From contig NW_003314398.1 in NCBI RefSeq assembly GCF_000143415.4, positions 1 through 64,000 on the forward strand: a DNA stretch of 64,000 bases. Direction: 5' to 3'. Positions within the stretch are counted from its first letter, which is position 1; each line of letters starts with the position of its first letter. This document shows, in pieces, positions 1-10,816 of this stretch. The notes under the pieces were generated by a model that was not told the origin of the DNA, searched no databases, and worked only from the letters and a program-made list of their open reading frames with translations. The translations under genes were made by a program, and so were the position numbers. This DNA comes from Selaginella moellendorffii. Its lineage: Eukaryota; Plantae; Lycopodiophyta.

Positions 1-129
1 CACTTAAACAGAGGGGTTGATAAGAGGAACCAGCAATACCGACCTCCTGCCATCGTGGCAATAAGGAAAGAGTGTCCATAAGGATTAGCCAACAGGTAAC
101 TTTCGATACTCGAAGTCACATTCGCGACA
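1..129 (-). mobile_element. Start of an LTR (family X) in minus orientation, inserted into copy A
   Basis: Reverse complement reads TGTCGCGAATGTGACTTCGAGTATCGAAAGTTACC..., the same LTR start seen at 3570, 9672, 15932 and 16550; it abuts internal sequence of copy A at 130. Confidence 0.85.
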
Positions 130-3100
130 GCTCCTTAAGTAGCTTAGTGTTGGATTAGTGTTGAGTTTAGTAGAAAAGAGAGTGGCATGAGCTTGTCTAT
201 GTTGTGAACAAAAAGTCAGTGGTGTTAGGTGTTATAAATCTCTATTAATGGAGTGTGGCATTTATGTTGCATTTTGTTGAATCAAGTTGACACTTGATAC
301 TCACATAAACCTTTGCAGTAATGACATAGGCATTGTTCATAGTGTTGCTTGATTGATGATCAAGTCATTATGATACTTATATCATATCTATGTGATAATA
401 AGCAATGTGGTTACGAAGTTGCTTGGTTAGACGATGATCAACCACAAAGTGGTTGATAGTGAAGCTAGTCTACTTGCACGTAATAACATTATAGTAGCTT
501 TAACTAAATTCTCAATGGTGGTCCATTATGCTAAGTTTAAGTTGGTTCCTTGTTTCTTGAGGGTTTGCCTATGAGATGTTGGAAAAGGTTATAGCATTCA
601 TTTGTTATAACTTGTTGGTTGATCCGTTAACACTTGGAGTAGATTGTTAAATGGAGAAGGTGTGTAATTGAGGCATTAACATTACTAGCATTTGTGTTAG
701 TGGAAATGGCATTGTTATTTCAAGTGATGAGGATTTTCCTTAGAGCTTGATTTTCCATGTCATTTTTTTTGTTAATGTTTGGGTTTCACATTGGATCTTG
801 AAAGTGATTGAAGAAGAGTGTTAGTGCAATGTGGATATCTGAAGATATGGTCTTTGTGATCAAGCCTTAGATGTTCATTTTGCATTTGTGGATGTCAATG
901 TTGGATATCGAAGATATGGGCAAAAATGTTTGATGCTTAAGCATACTATGGGTCTTGAGAATTTGTGTTGAGGTGAACCTATGTGAAATTGTTAGTAGGA
1001 GGAAGTTGGTTGAGTCTTGAAAGTTTGTATTCCCAGACTGAGAGTTATTCTTTCTCTAGGATGGAAAATTTTCCACAAATTTTCTTAAGCTTTTCCAATG
1101 GCTAATCTAATTTTCCAATGGTTAACCTTGCATTTTGCTAGACTCTATGAGAGTAGTGAGCTCTCACTAATCTTGACTTAGTCTTGGTAGCCCTACACCT
1201 TGGCTGAGGATGGTGATGTCCAACTTAGTTGTTTAAGGTTAAGATATTGGTACCTATACTATAGTTTTGTCTATGAGGAGGTTGTGTACTAATATGAGTC
1301 CATCTCATGGTCTCCACTGTAGTTTCGACTGAGTGTTGATCATGCATAACTAGCCTATTCAAGGCATGCTCAAAGCTATTGGCTAAATACATTAGTGAGC
1401 TTATTGCAGTTGGGTTGAATTCGGGTGATCATTTAGTTCATGTTTATCCATGAACCTATATTTCATACTTGGGGTATTACGTTCATATTGGACAAGTATA
1501 TGACTTGATGATGTGAGTTTGGTGTTTGGGTCCTGTGAAGGCAAGTTGAAGAGTGATTATTGGTTGCTTTGTGACTAGTGATTGCTTGTAGACTTCATCA
1601 AGGACTATTGACACTTGCTTCACTTGATGATGATTTAGCAGTAATGGGTTTGCTTTACCAGATAGTGTTGCGGAGGATCATATTATTAGACTTATATGAT
1701 TTCTTTTCCATGTTGACATGTCGATTTCTTTGTCGATATCATTTAGTTGCGTTTAGTTCGTAGTGTTGGATTTCATTGAGTCTTGAATGTGGTGTATCAC
1801 TCCTTGATAATGTGTTATCTGTAACTGAGTATTGTTGGAGGATTAGCCTCGGATACTAACTAAGGTATCTTCGACTTTGGTTAGCTTGGTTGTTAAAGAG
1901 CTTTGGGTGGTGATTCACTTTTGCTTTCTTCTAACTTTGTTATAGTGTTGATAGCATTGAAGTAATGCCTTGTCATTGACGTTATTGATATTGAGATTCG
2001 AATGAAATGAGATGTCTTTCCGAAAGATTGATATTGAGTTTCATTAGTCTTGATGAAGATAGCGTTGATGATTTGGCTATAGTTTTATGTTATTGGCATT
2101 CGTGCATTTGCTAGTTAGTAATTGTATTGACGTTCAAACAAATTGAGTGGCAAGTTTGAGTTAGTTGTGTTCTATATAAGATTATTTAGTAGGGGTTGAG
2201 CTTTGGCTTTTCTTTGAAAAGTGATTTAGTTGTGGACTACGCTAGCTTTGTGAGAGGAAGAATTAGTGGTCGGTATTGAAGTGATTGAATCCTTATTAAA
2301 TTTCAATGGGGATATATCGATCATTGATGATTCTTCTTGTGCTTGTTATGAAGTGAGTTATGTCTTCCTATAAATGGATTCATGGAAGATCGTTTAATGA
2401 TCACTTGTTGAGCATAGCTTCATTGTGCTTGGCTTTTGGATTGATGCAGATATGCTCTTCATTAGCTTTGCATTATAAAGTTTAGCTTATGAATGTGTTG
2501 AAGAGGATATTATGAATTGTGCCATGATTTGTTCTTTAGCATTGAAGTTCATGCAAAACTTGTGATCATTGTTAAGCAAAACTTAGCTATAGACTTCTTT
2601 AAAATTTTGGTTTTTTGAGTTTTCATGCTCATTGTTTCATTTGTTAGAAGTTGTTAAATAAGGCATTTTGGCTCATAGCTTCAATGTTGAAGTTAGTATT
2701 TACATCTAACAATCATTGGTAATGATTGACTATCATCTAGGATAGTTGAATATCCTTATCAAAAGTTTTGTTTGATTATTATTAATATGGAATGATTTGC
2801 CATTCTTTGGGATGGTGGATTTCTTTTTCAATGATGATTTTGCATGTCTCCTTTTGATGGGATGATTGCTGATCTTTCATGATGGTTAGTTGTTCTCTTT
2901 GATGGCTTATGGCTTTTCGCAATACCACATGTTTTTTGTGATTTGCTTTGGATTGGTCTCTTGGGTTTGAGACATCGATAGGATGTTGCTAGCACTTGCT
3001 TAGACAACTCTGGTTCCTTGGTATTATTGAGTAAGATCTATTTAGATTGGCTAGTGTGATAGTTGGCATGAATGAGTGTTTATTCGTGTGCATAGTGAAA

Positions 3101-4016
3101 TCTTTAGTCATGGGGTAGCTACTATCGACTGGTCATATCACTCGCCTCTCTGTCGATGTTCCTTATTCCGTTAAAAGGGCGTGACCGTGTAAACAACTCT
3201 AACTGCCTATTTACAATAGTTTATCTAAACCTTACCAATGGGTTTGGTTTCTTTGCTCAGAAGGGTTGGGGCCTCTTCTCTCTATGTCCCTGCGGGCAGG
3301 GGTGTATCACACTTTTGTAAGCTAGGTGACACCCAGAGCAGCAAGGGTGGCTGACTCTGTTAGTCATTTCCTTGTCAGCAATAGCTGGAAGGTGTCTGAG
3401 CTGGTAGCGCATCTGCGTTAGACACAGAGGTTGCCTCCTAACTCATTTAAATTGGTGCATTTCTCACATAGTGTGAATACCGTGAACTTTTTCTGGAGTT
3501 GTTTCCTTGGCGGTATTCTAGACTCAAGTATGCATCGACGAGGATGTCGATCTTCCCTAGGGGGGAGAGTGTCGTGAATGTGACTTCAAGTATCGAAAGT
3601 TACTGGTTGGCCAGTCCTTACGGACACTCTTTTCTTACTGCCACGATGGCAAGAGGTCGGTATTGCTAGACCCTTTATCAGTCCCTCTTGTGCTAGTGGA
3701 GTTAACTGGGCATTTTGAGTGTACTTAGACTGGACGAGCATAAGGACGGAATTCCTACGTGTTATTAGCTAAGCATACTTAGCCCAGTAAGGAGTTCCCA
3801 TCTTGTTTTGTCTTGTACTGGCTAGTGACAAGAACCCTCACATATTGAGATTAGTCCCTCAATATCGCTGGATGATAGCTTACCATGTCTGCCAAACACC
3901 TTTGCTATCATACCCTTTGTGTTAGTCTCATTTCGATCCCAAATGCTATTTATGAAAAGTGTCCAAATTTACTCATTTGGCATATTTACGGAATATAAAG
4001 ATTGGCCTGAACACTA
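130..4016 (+). mobile_element. LTR element copy A: partial internal region, PPT (3559-3569) and truncated 3' LTR (3570-~4016)
   Basis: Internal sequence is colinear with 11640-15930; ...TCGACGAGGATGTCGATCTTCCCTAGGGGGGAGAG|TGTCGTGAATG marks the PPT/LTR junction. Confidence 0.85.
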
Positions 4017-7000
4017 TTGTGTTTAGGCCAATCTCTATATTCCGTAAATGTGCCAAATGAGCCAATCTAGACACTTTCCATAAATAGCATTTAGGACTGA
4101 AATCAGACTAACACAAAGGGTATGATAGTGAGGGTGTTTGGCAGTCACATTTAGCGAATATTGAGGAACCAATCTCAATATCGCGGGGGTTCCCAACACT
4201 AGCAAGTGCAAGTCAACAACATGAGTTTCTCATCACCATATCAAGTATGCTTGACTAAATGACAACGTAGGATTTCCTTCCTTAGTACCCTTCCGGTCTA
4301 AGTGCACATGTGATGACCAGGTTACTTAGGCGAAAACTGATAACGGGTCCAGCAATACCGACGTCCTGCCGTCATGGTAGTAAGGAAAGAATATCCGAAA
4401 GGACTATCCGACAGGTAACTTTCGATACCCAAAGTCACATTTGTGACACTTTCCCCCCCTAGGGAAGATCGACATCCTCATCGATGCATACTCGAGTCTA
4501 GAATACTGCCAAGGAAACAACTCCAGAAAAAGTTCACGGTATTCACACTATGTGAGAAATGCACCAACTTAAATGAGTTAGGAGGCAACCTCTGTGTCTA
4601 ACGCGGATGCGCTACCAGCTCAGACACCTTCCAGCCATCGCCAACAAGGAAATGACCAACGGAGTCAGCCACCCTTGCTGCTCTAGGTGTCACCCAGCTT
4701 ACAAAAGTGTGATATGCCCCTGCCCGCAAGGACATAGAGAGAGAAGCCAGAGGCCCCAACCCTCCTGAGCAAAGAAACCAAACATGTCAGTAAGGGTTAG
4801 ATAAACTACTGTAAACAGGCAATTAGAGTTGTTTACACGGTCATGCCCTTTTAACGGAATAAGGAACATCGACAGAGAGGCGGGTGATGTGACCAGTCGA
4901 TAGTAGCTACCCCATGACTAGAGATTTCACTATGCACACGAAGTGCCGAAGCCAGTCTACCTCTACTGGCCCATACTCAAAGATCAATAGATGGACAATA
5001 TCAAAGTCATTAGACAATGATATCTTAGAGTCTTAATTATCAGTGAATAATGCTTAGATTAGAACACAAAAGTATTCCAAGTAAGTTATCATCTGATAAA
5101 CTAGTATTATAGTATAGGAACCATCAAGATCATCATAATTGGTAAACATAGGATTCACCATCCAACAAAATTCAATAGTCAGTATATCATCAAGTAAACT
5201 CAATGATAAAACTTAACTACCAAAGGTTGCAGACAATATGCCAAAAAACTTACAAAAGATAACTCAAAGAACACAAAGTATCATTGACTGGCAAGCAAAA
5301 TATTCGTGAATGTATCACCCAAAGGAAATAACATCTTAATCTATCAGAACTAACACAAGCAATGATTAACAGAACAGAATGAATGTTGCAAAACTAACAA
5401 ATATAGCATTTATGCCAACCATCGCACTAGTTAATCTGAATAGATCCCAGTTAACAATACAAAGGAACTAGAGTTGCTCAAGCAAGCATCGGCAACATAC
5501 TTTTGATGTCTCAAACCCAAGAGACCAATCCAAAGCAAACCACAAAGAACATGTGGTAATGCAAAAAGCTAAAAGCCATGCATAAGTGTCAATAACACAA
5601 AGCCATAGCCAAATCATCAACACTATTTTCATCGAGACTAATGAAACTCAATATCAATCCGAAAGAGAGACATCTCATTTCACTTGAATCTCAACATTAA
5701 TATTGTCAACAACAAGGCATCACTTCAATATCATCAACACCATAACAAAGCTAGAAAAAAGCAAGAGTGAATCACCACTCAAAGCTCTTTAGCAACCAAG
5801 CTAACAAAAGTTGAAAATACTATAGTCAGTATCTGAGACTAATCCTTCAGCAAAACTCAGTTATAGATAACACTTCCTCAATGAGTGATTCACCACATCC
5901 AAGACTCAATGAAATCCAACACCATGAACTAAACGCAACCAAATGATATTGACAAAGGTAGAGTCGACATGCCAACATGGAAAACCCATGTAAGTCTAAC
6001 GACACGATCCTCCACAACATTATCCGGTAAAGCAAGCCCATCACTGCTACATCTTCATCGAGTGAAGCAAGTGTCAACAGTCCTCGACTAAGTCTACAAG
6101 CAATCACTAGTTGCAAAACAACTAACAATCACTCTTCAACTTGCCTTCACAAGACCCAACACTAAACTCATGTCATCGAGTTATATACTTGTCCAGCATG
6201 AACATAATATCCCAAGTACGAGATAAAGGTTCATGGACAAGCATAAAGTAAATGACTACTCAAATCCAACTCAACGGCAATAAGTTCACTAATGCATTTA
6301 GCCAACAACTCTGAGCATGCCTTGAAGAGGCTAACTATGCATGACCAACACTTAATCGAAACTAAAGTGAAGACCATAGGATGGACTTATATCGATACAC
6401 AACCTTTTGATAGACAAGCTATAGTATGGGTACCAACATCTCAACCTCAAACAATTAAGTTGGACATCATTATCCTCAGCCAAGGCGCAGGGCTACCAAG
6501 ACTAAGTCAAGATCAGTGAGAGCTCACTACTCTCATAGAGTATAACGAAATGCAAGGTGCAACCTGCCACCAAGGAGAACGCTATAGAAGAAAGGTACAA
6601 GGGTCACCCTTCTAGAAAAGTGCAACAGCCACTTTCTTACACCAACTCTAGACTCTATCCAACTCAATTGTCTTAGCCCCAAAAGTCAGCATCCCTTTCG
6701 GGTTGCATCATACAAACTACCTACTAAAGTATAAGCTAACCAAAGTCAACTTTAACCCCTTCACTAGTTTGTACTGACTTACGAAAATGAAATGGTTTTC
6801 GAGCAAAGTGATCAACAGATCAGCTATTGGAAAAGTCTAAGAAAATTTATGGAAAATTTTCCATCTTAAAAAAAAGAATGACTCTCAGTCCAGGAATGCA
6901 AACTTTCAAGACTCAACCAACTTCTTCCTACCTACAACTTCACATATGTTCACTTCAACACCAATTCTCATGACCCATAGTATGCTTAAGCCTTGAACAT

Positions 7001-9671
7001 CTTTGCCCATTTTTCTAATATCTAACACCGACATCCGTAAAATGCAAAATGAATATCCAAGGCTTGATCACGAAGACCACATCTTTGGATATCCACATTG
7101 CACTACACTCTTCTTTAATCACCTTCAAGATAAAATCTGAAGCCAAAACACAAACAAGAAAAATGACATGGAAAGAATGACACATCAAGCTCTAAGGAAA
7201 ATCCTCATCACTCGAAACAATAATGCCACTTTCACTAACACAAGTGTTAGCGATGTCAATGCCTCAATTACACACCTTCTCCATCCAATAATCTACTCCA
7301 AGTGTTAACGGATCAACCGAAAAGCCATAACAAGTGAATATTACAACCCTTTTCAACACTTCATTGGACAAACTCAAGGAAACAAAGTACCAACATAAGC
7401 TTGGCATAATTGGACCACTATTGAGAATTTAGTCAAAGTTACTATATGCTACTATGTGCAAGTAGACTAGCTTCACCATCAACCACTTTGGGGTTGATCA
7501 TCGTTTAACCAAGCAACTTCGTAAACACATTACTCATTATCACATGGATATGATATAAGTATCATAATGACTTGATCATCAACTGAGCAACACCAAGAGC
7601 AACACCCATGTCATTACTTCAAAGGTTTACGTGAGCATCCAATGCCAACTCAATTCGGCAAAATGCAACATAAATGCCACACTCCACCAATAGAGATTTA
7701 CAACACCTAACACCATTAATTTTGGTTCACAACACGGACAAGCTCATGCGACAACACGGACAAACTCATGCGACTCTCTTTCCGACCAAACTCAAAATTA
7801 ATCCAACACCAAGCTACTCAAGGAGCAATAGCAAGGTTCCCCGGAAAAGAATTGAGCATTGCAACCCAAGTCTTCCAATAGCAAGCCTAGACAAAATGAT
7901 ATAGCGCTTCACCGCTATCCATCCCATAACTCACCATTTGTAAGACCATCATCTCCAACATACATCAAGGTAGGGACTCTTGATTGCATAATGTGAACAC
8001 GAGCAATGAGTCACACCTCGTTGCAAATCATTTCTCAAAGAAGAGAAGATAATTTACATGTTTGATCCTTCATCCCCGATGACTCTCTTTTCGGTCTCAT
8101 CTTTGACTACACCTCAAGCTTGCTTTCACTCTGCCTTCAGTCCAATCCAAGAAAAGTTTATGAGAGAGTACAGAAATGACTACCTAAACCAATAGACTCA
8201 TCCCTATAGTCTTGATTGATCCACTTGTAACCATGCCTATGAAGGATTTACTACTGCCGTGCTAAACAGCTACAGACCAGCCTATTTCCCACTCATAGCA
8301 AACCCAGGGAAGGTTTACTTTCACCCACGGTACATGGAACAACTCATAAGAACCATTGGAACAACCCATGGTACAACCGATAGGCTAACATTAATCCAGC
8401 CAACTCAAAGTGTAATCTTGAATTGCTAATGTGCCTCACTCACGAACGAACAAAACATCTCAAATCCATCCTATGAACCCAAGAGTAAGCTCACATCATA
8501 AGATACAACAAGGTAACCAAATCCATACCCAAGGAACAATTGCGAAGTCTTTGCACCCAAATGTGTACCCACTCGGATCATCGTTTTCATCTCTACGTAT
8601 GCAATGAGACTAGTTGCCCAATCTCATTGGATAGTACTCGCCGAGACTCATCCTCTGATACCAAATGTAGTGCACGTGGTTTTGACCCTTTATCCTATGG
8701 TAATTTACCATAGGATAACACCACGAAGCGGAACCTAAACCCTCTTTATGCCAAATGACACATGCCACGTGTCCAAAGGACAGTGGTGCAGAACCTGAGG
8801 TTCAGGGCCTTGGGCCACTGAACGAAGGAACGGTGCCAAACTCCCGAGCATGAAGCTAAGGAGTGACAGAACCGGACCACAGAGCAACTCCCAAGCGTAC
8901 AACCCAAGGAGTGAAGGGACAGGAGGCCAGAGCGACTTGGAACAATCCTGGACCAACCAGCATCCTAATGCCAAGACCAGCATGCAAAATAGAGCCAAAT
9001 GGAGCTTGGCGCTATTTTAGCATATTGGTGGCCTAACGTGAGGATATGGGTACTCCACCAGCTAGCATGGAATGGAACTTGGGCTTAGACCCAAGCTAGA
9101 TGCAAAACAAGGACAGGTACGCAAGCGGGAGCTAAACTATGCCTCAGGTTGGTTAGCCATGCCCGACCTACCAACTATCCCTACTATACATTTGGAACCC
9201 CCCACAACCCCTGTCCCCCCTTGAGGAACACACGCTTTGGGCTTTCACCCTAAGCTTCCCTTAGTATCAAGAGTTAGTCTCTGAGACAAGCTTAAAACTT
9301 ACTAAGTATAGGTTAGCGCTAGATTGTGAATTTAGACATGGGACGAACACTATTGTGTTCAAGCCAATCTCTACATTCCATAGATATGCCAAATGAGCAA
9401 ATCTATACACTTTCCATAAATAGCATTTGGGACCGAAATGAGACTAATACAAAGGGCATGATAGCAAGGGTGTTTGGCAGACACGGTAAGCTATCATCCA
9501 GCGATATTGAGGGACCAATCTCAATACGCGAGGGTTCTTGTCAAGCCAGTGCAAGACAACGCAAAAGAGAACTAACAAGCCAGGCCAAATATGCTTGGCT
9601 AAATAGACACTTAGGAATTCCTTCCTTATGCTCGTCCGGCTAAGTACAGATGCAAAGTCCAGTTTACTAAG
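4017..9671 (-). mobile_element. LTR element copy B (minus): truncated 3' LTR 4017-4448, PPT 4449-4460, internal region with ~0.8 kb deletion near 5580, PBS 8653-8663, 5' LTR 8666-9671 (interrupted)
   Basis: CTCTGATACCA-AA-TGTAG is the reverse complement of CTACA-TT-TGGTATCAGAG (tRNA-iMet PBS); reverse-complement colinearity with copy C. Confidence 0.85.
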
Positions 9672-10678
9672 TGTCGTGAATGTGACTTTGGGTATCGAAA
9701 GTTACCTGTCAACTAGTCCTTACGGACACTCTTACCTTACTGCCACAATGGCAGGAGGTCAGTATTGCTGGGCCCGTTATCAGTCTCCGCCTAAGCTAGT
9801 TGAGAAACTGGTCTTCGCGTGTGCACTTGACCAGATGGGCATAAGGACGGAATTCCTACGTGCTATTTGTCAAGCATACTTGACCTGGTTAGAGAAACTC
9901 ATTCGTTGACTTGCACTTGCTAGTGTTGGGAACCCCCATGATATTGAGATTGGTCCCTCAATATCGCTAGATGATAGCTTACCGTGTCTGCCAAACACCC
10001 TTGTTATTATGCCCTTTGTGTTAGTCTCAATTCGGTCCCAAAAGCTATTTATGGAAAGTGTCCAAATTTGCTCATTTGGCATATCTACAGAATATAGAGA
10101 TCGTCCTGAACACAATGGTGTTCATCCCATGTCCAAATTCACAATCTAGGGACATTCCATATTTAGTAAGTTTCGAGCTTGTCCCAGAGACTAACTCCTG
10201 ATACTAAGGGAAGCTTGGGGTGAAAGCCCAAAGCGTGTGTTCCTCAAGGGGGGGGGGCTGTGGGGGGTTCCAAATGTATAGTAGGGATAGTGGGTAGGTC
10301 GGGCATGGCCGACCAACCTGAGGCATAGTCTAGCTCCCGCTTGCGTGTCTGTCCTTGTTCTGCATCTAGCTTGGGTCTAAGCCCAAGTTCCATTCCATGC
10401 TAGCTGGTGGAGTACCCATGTCCTCGCGTTAGGCCACCGGTATGCCGAAATAGCGCCAGACTCCGTTTGACTCCGTTTTGCATGCTGGTCCTGGCATTGG
10501 GATGCTGGTTACTCTAGGACTGTTCCAAGTCACTTCGGGCTCCTGTTCCTTCGCTCCTTGGGCTTTATGCTCAAGAGTTGCTTCGTGGTTCAGTTCTGTC
10601 ACTCTTTGGCTCCATGTTTGGGAGTTTGGCACCGTTCCTTCGTTCAGTGGCCCAAGGCCTTGAACCTCGGGTTCCTAT

Positions 10679-10757
10679 GGACACGTGGCATGGACACGTG
10701 GCATGGACACGTGGCATGGACATGTGGCATGTGACACGTGGCATCTGTCACATGGCA
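10679..10757 (+). promoter_or_regulatory. Tandem ABRE/G-box array in LTR: 13-bp GGACACGTGGCAT units
   Basis: Four intact GACACGTGGC plus two CATGTG/CACATG decayed variants; GGACACGTGGC is the Em1a ABRE consensus. Confidence 0.7.
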
Positions 10758-10787
10758 CAAAGAGAGTTTAGGTTCCACTTTGTGGTG

Positions 10788-10816
10788 TTATCCTATGGTA
10801 AATCACCATAGGATAA
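10788..10816. other. Perfect 12-bp stem hairpin near the LTR 3' end
   Basis: TTATCCTATGGT-AAATC-ACCATAGGATAA; also at 8690-8718 and 17645-17673. Confidence 0.8.
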
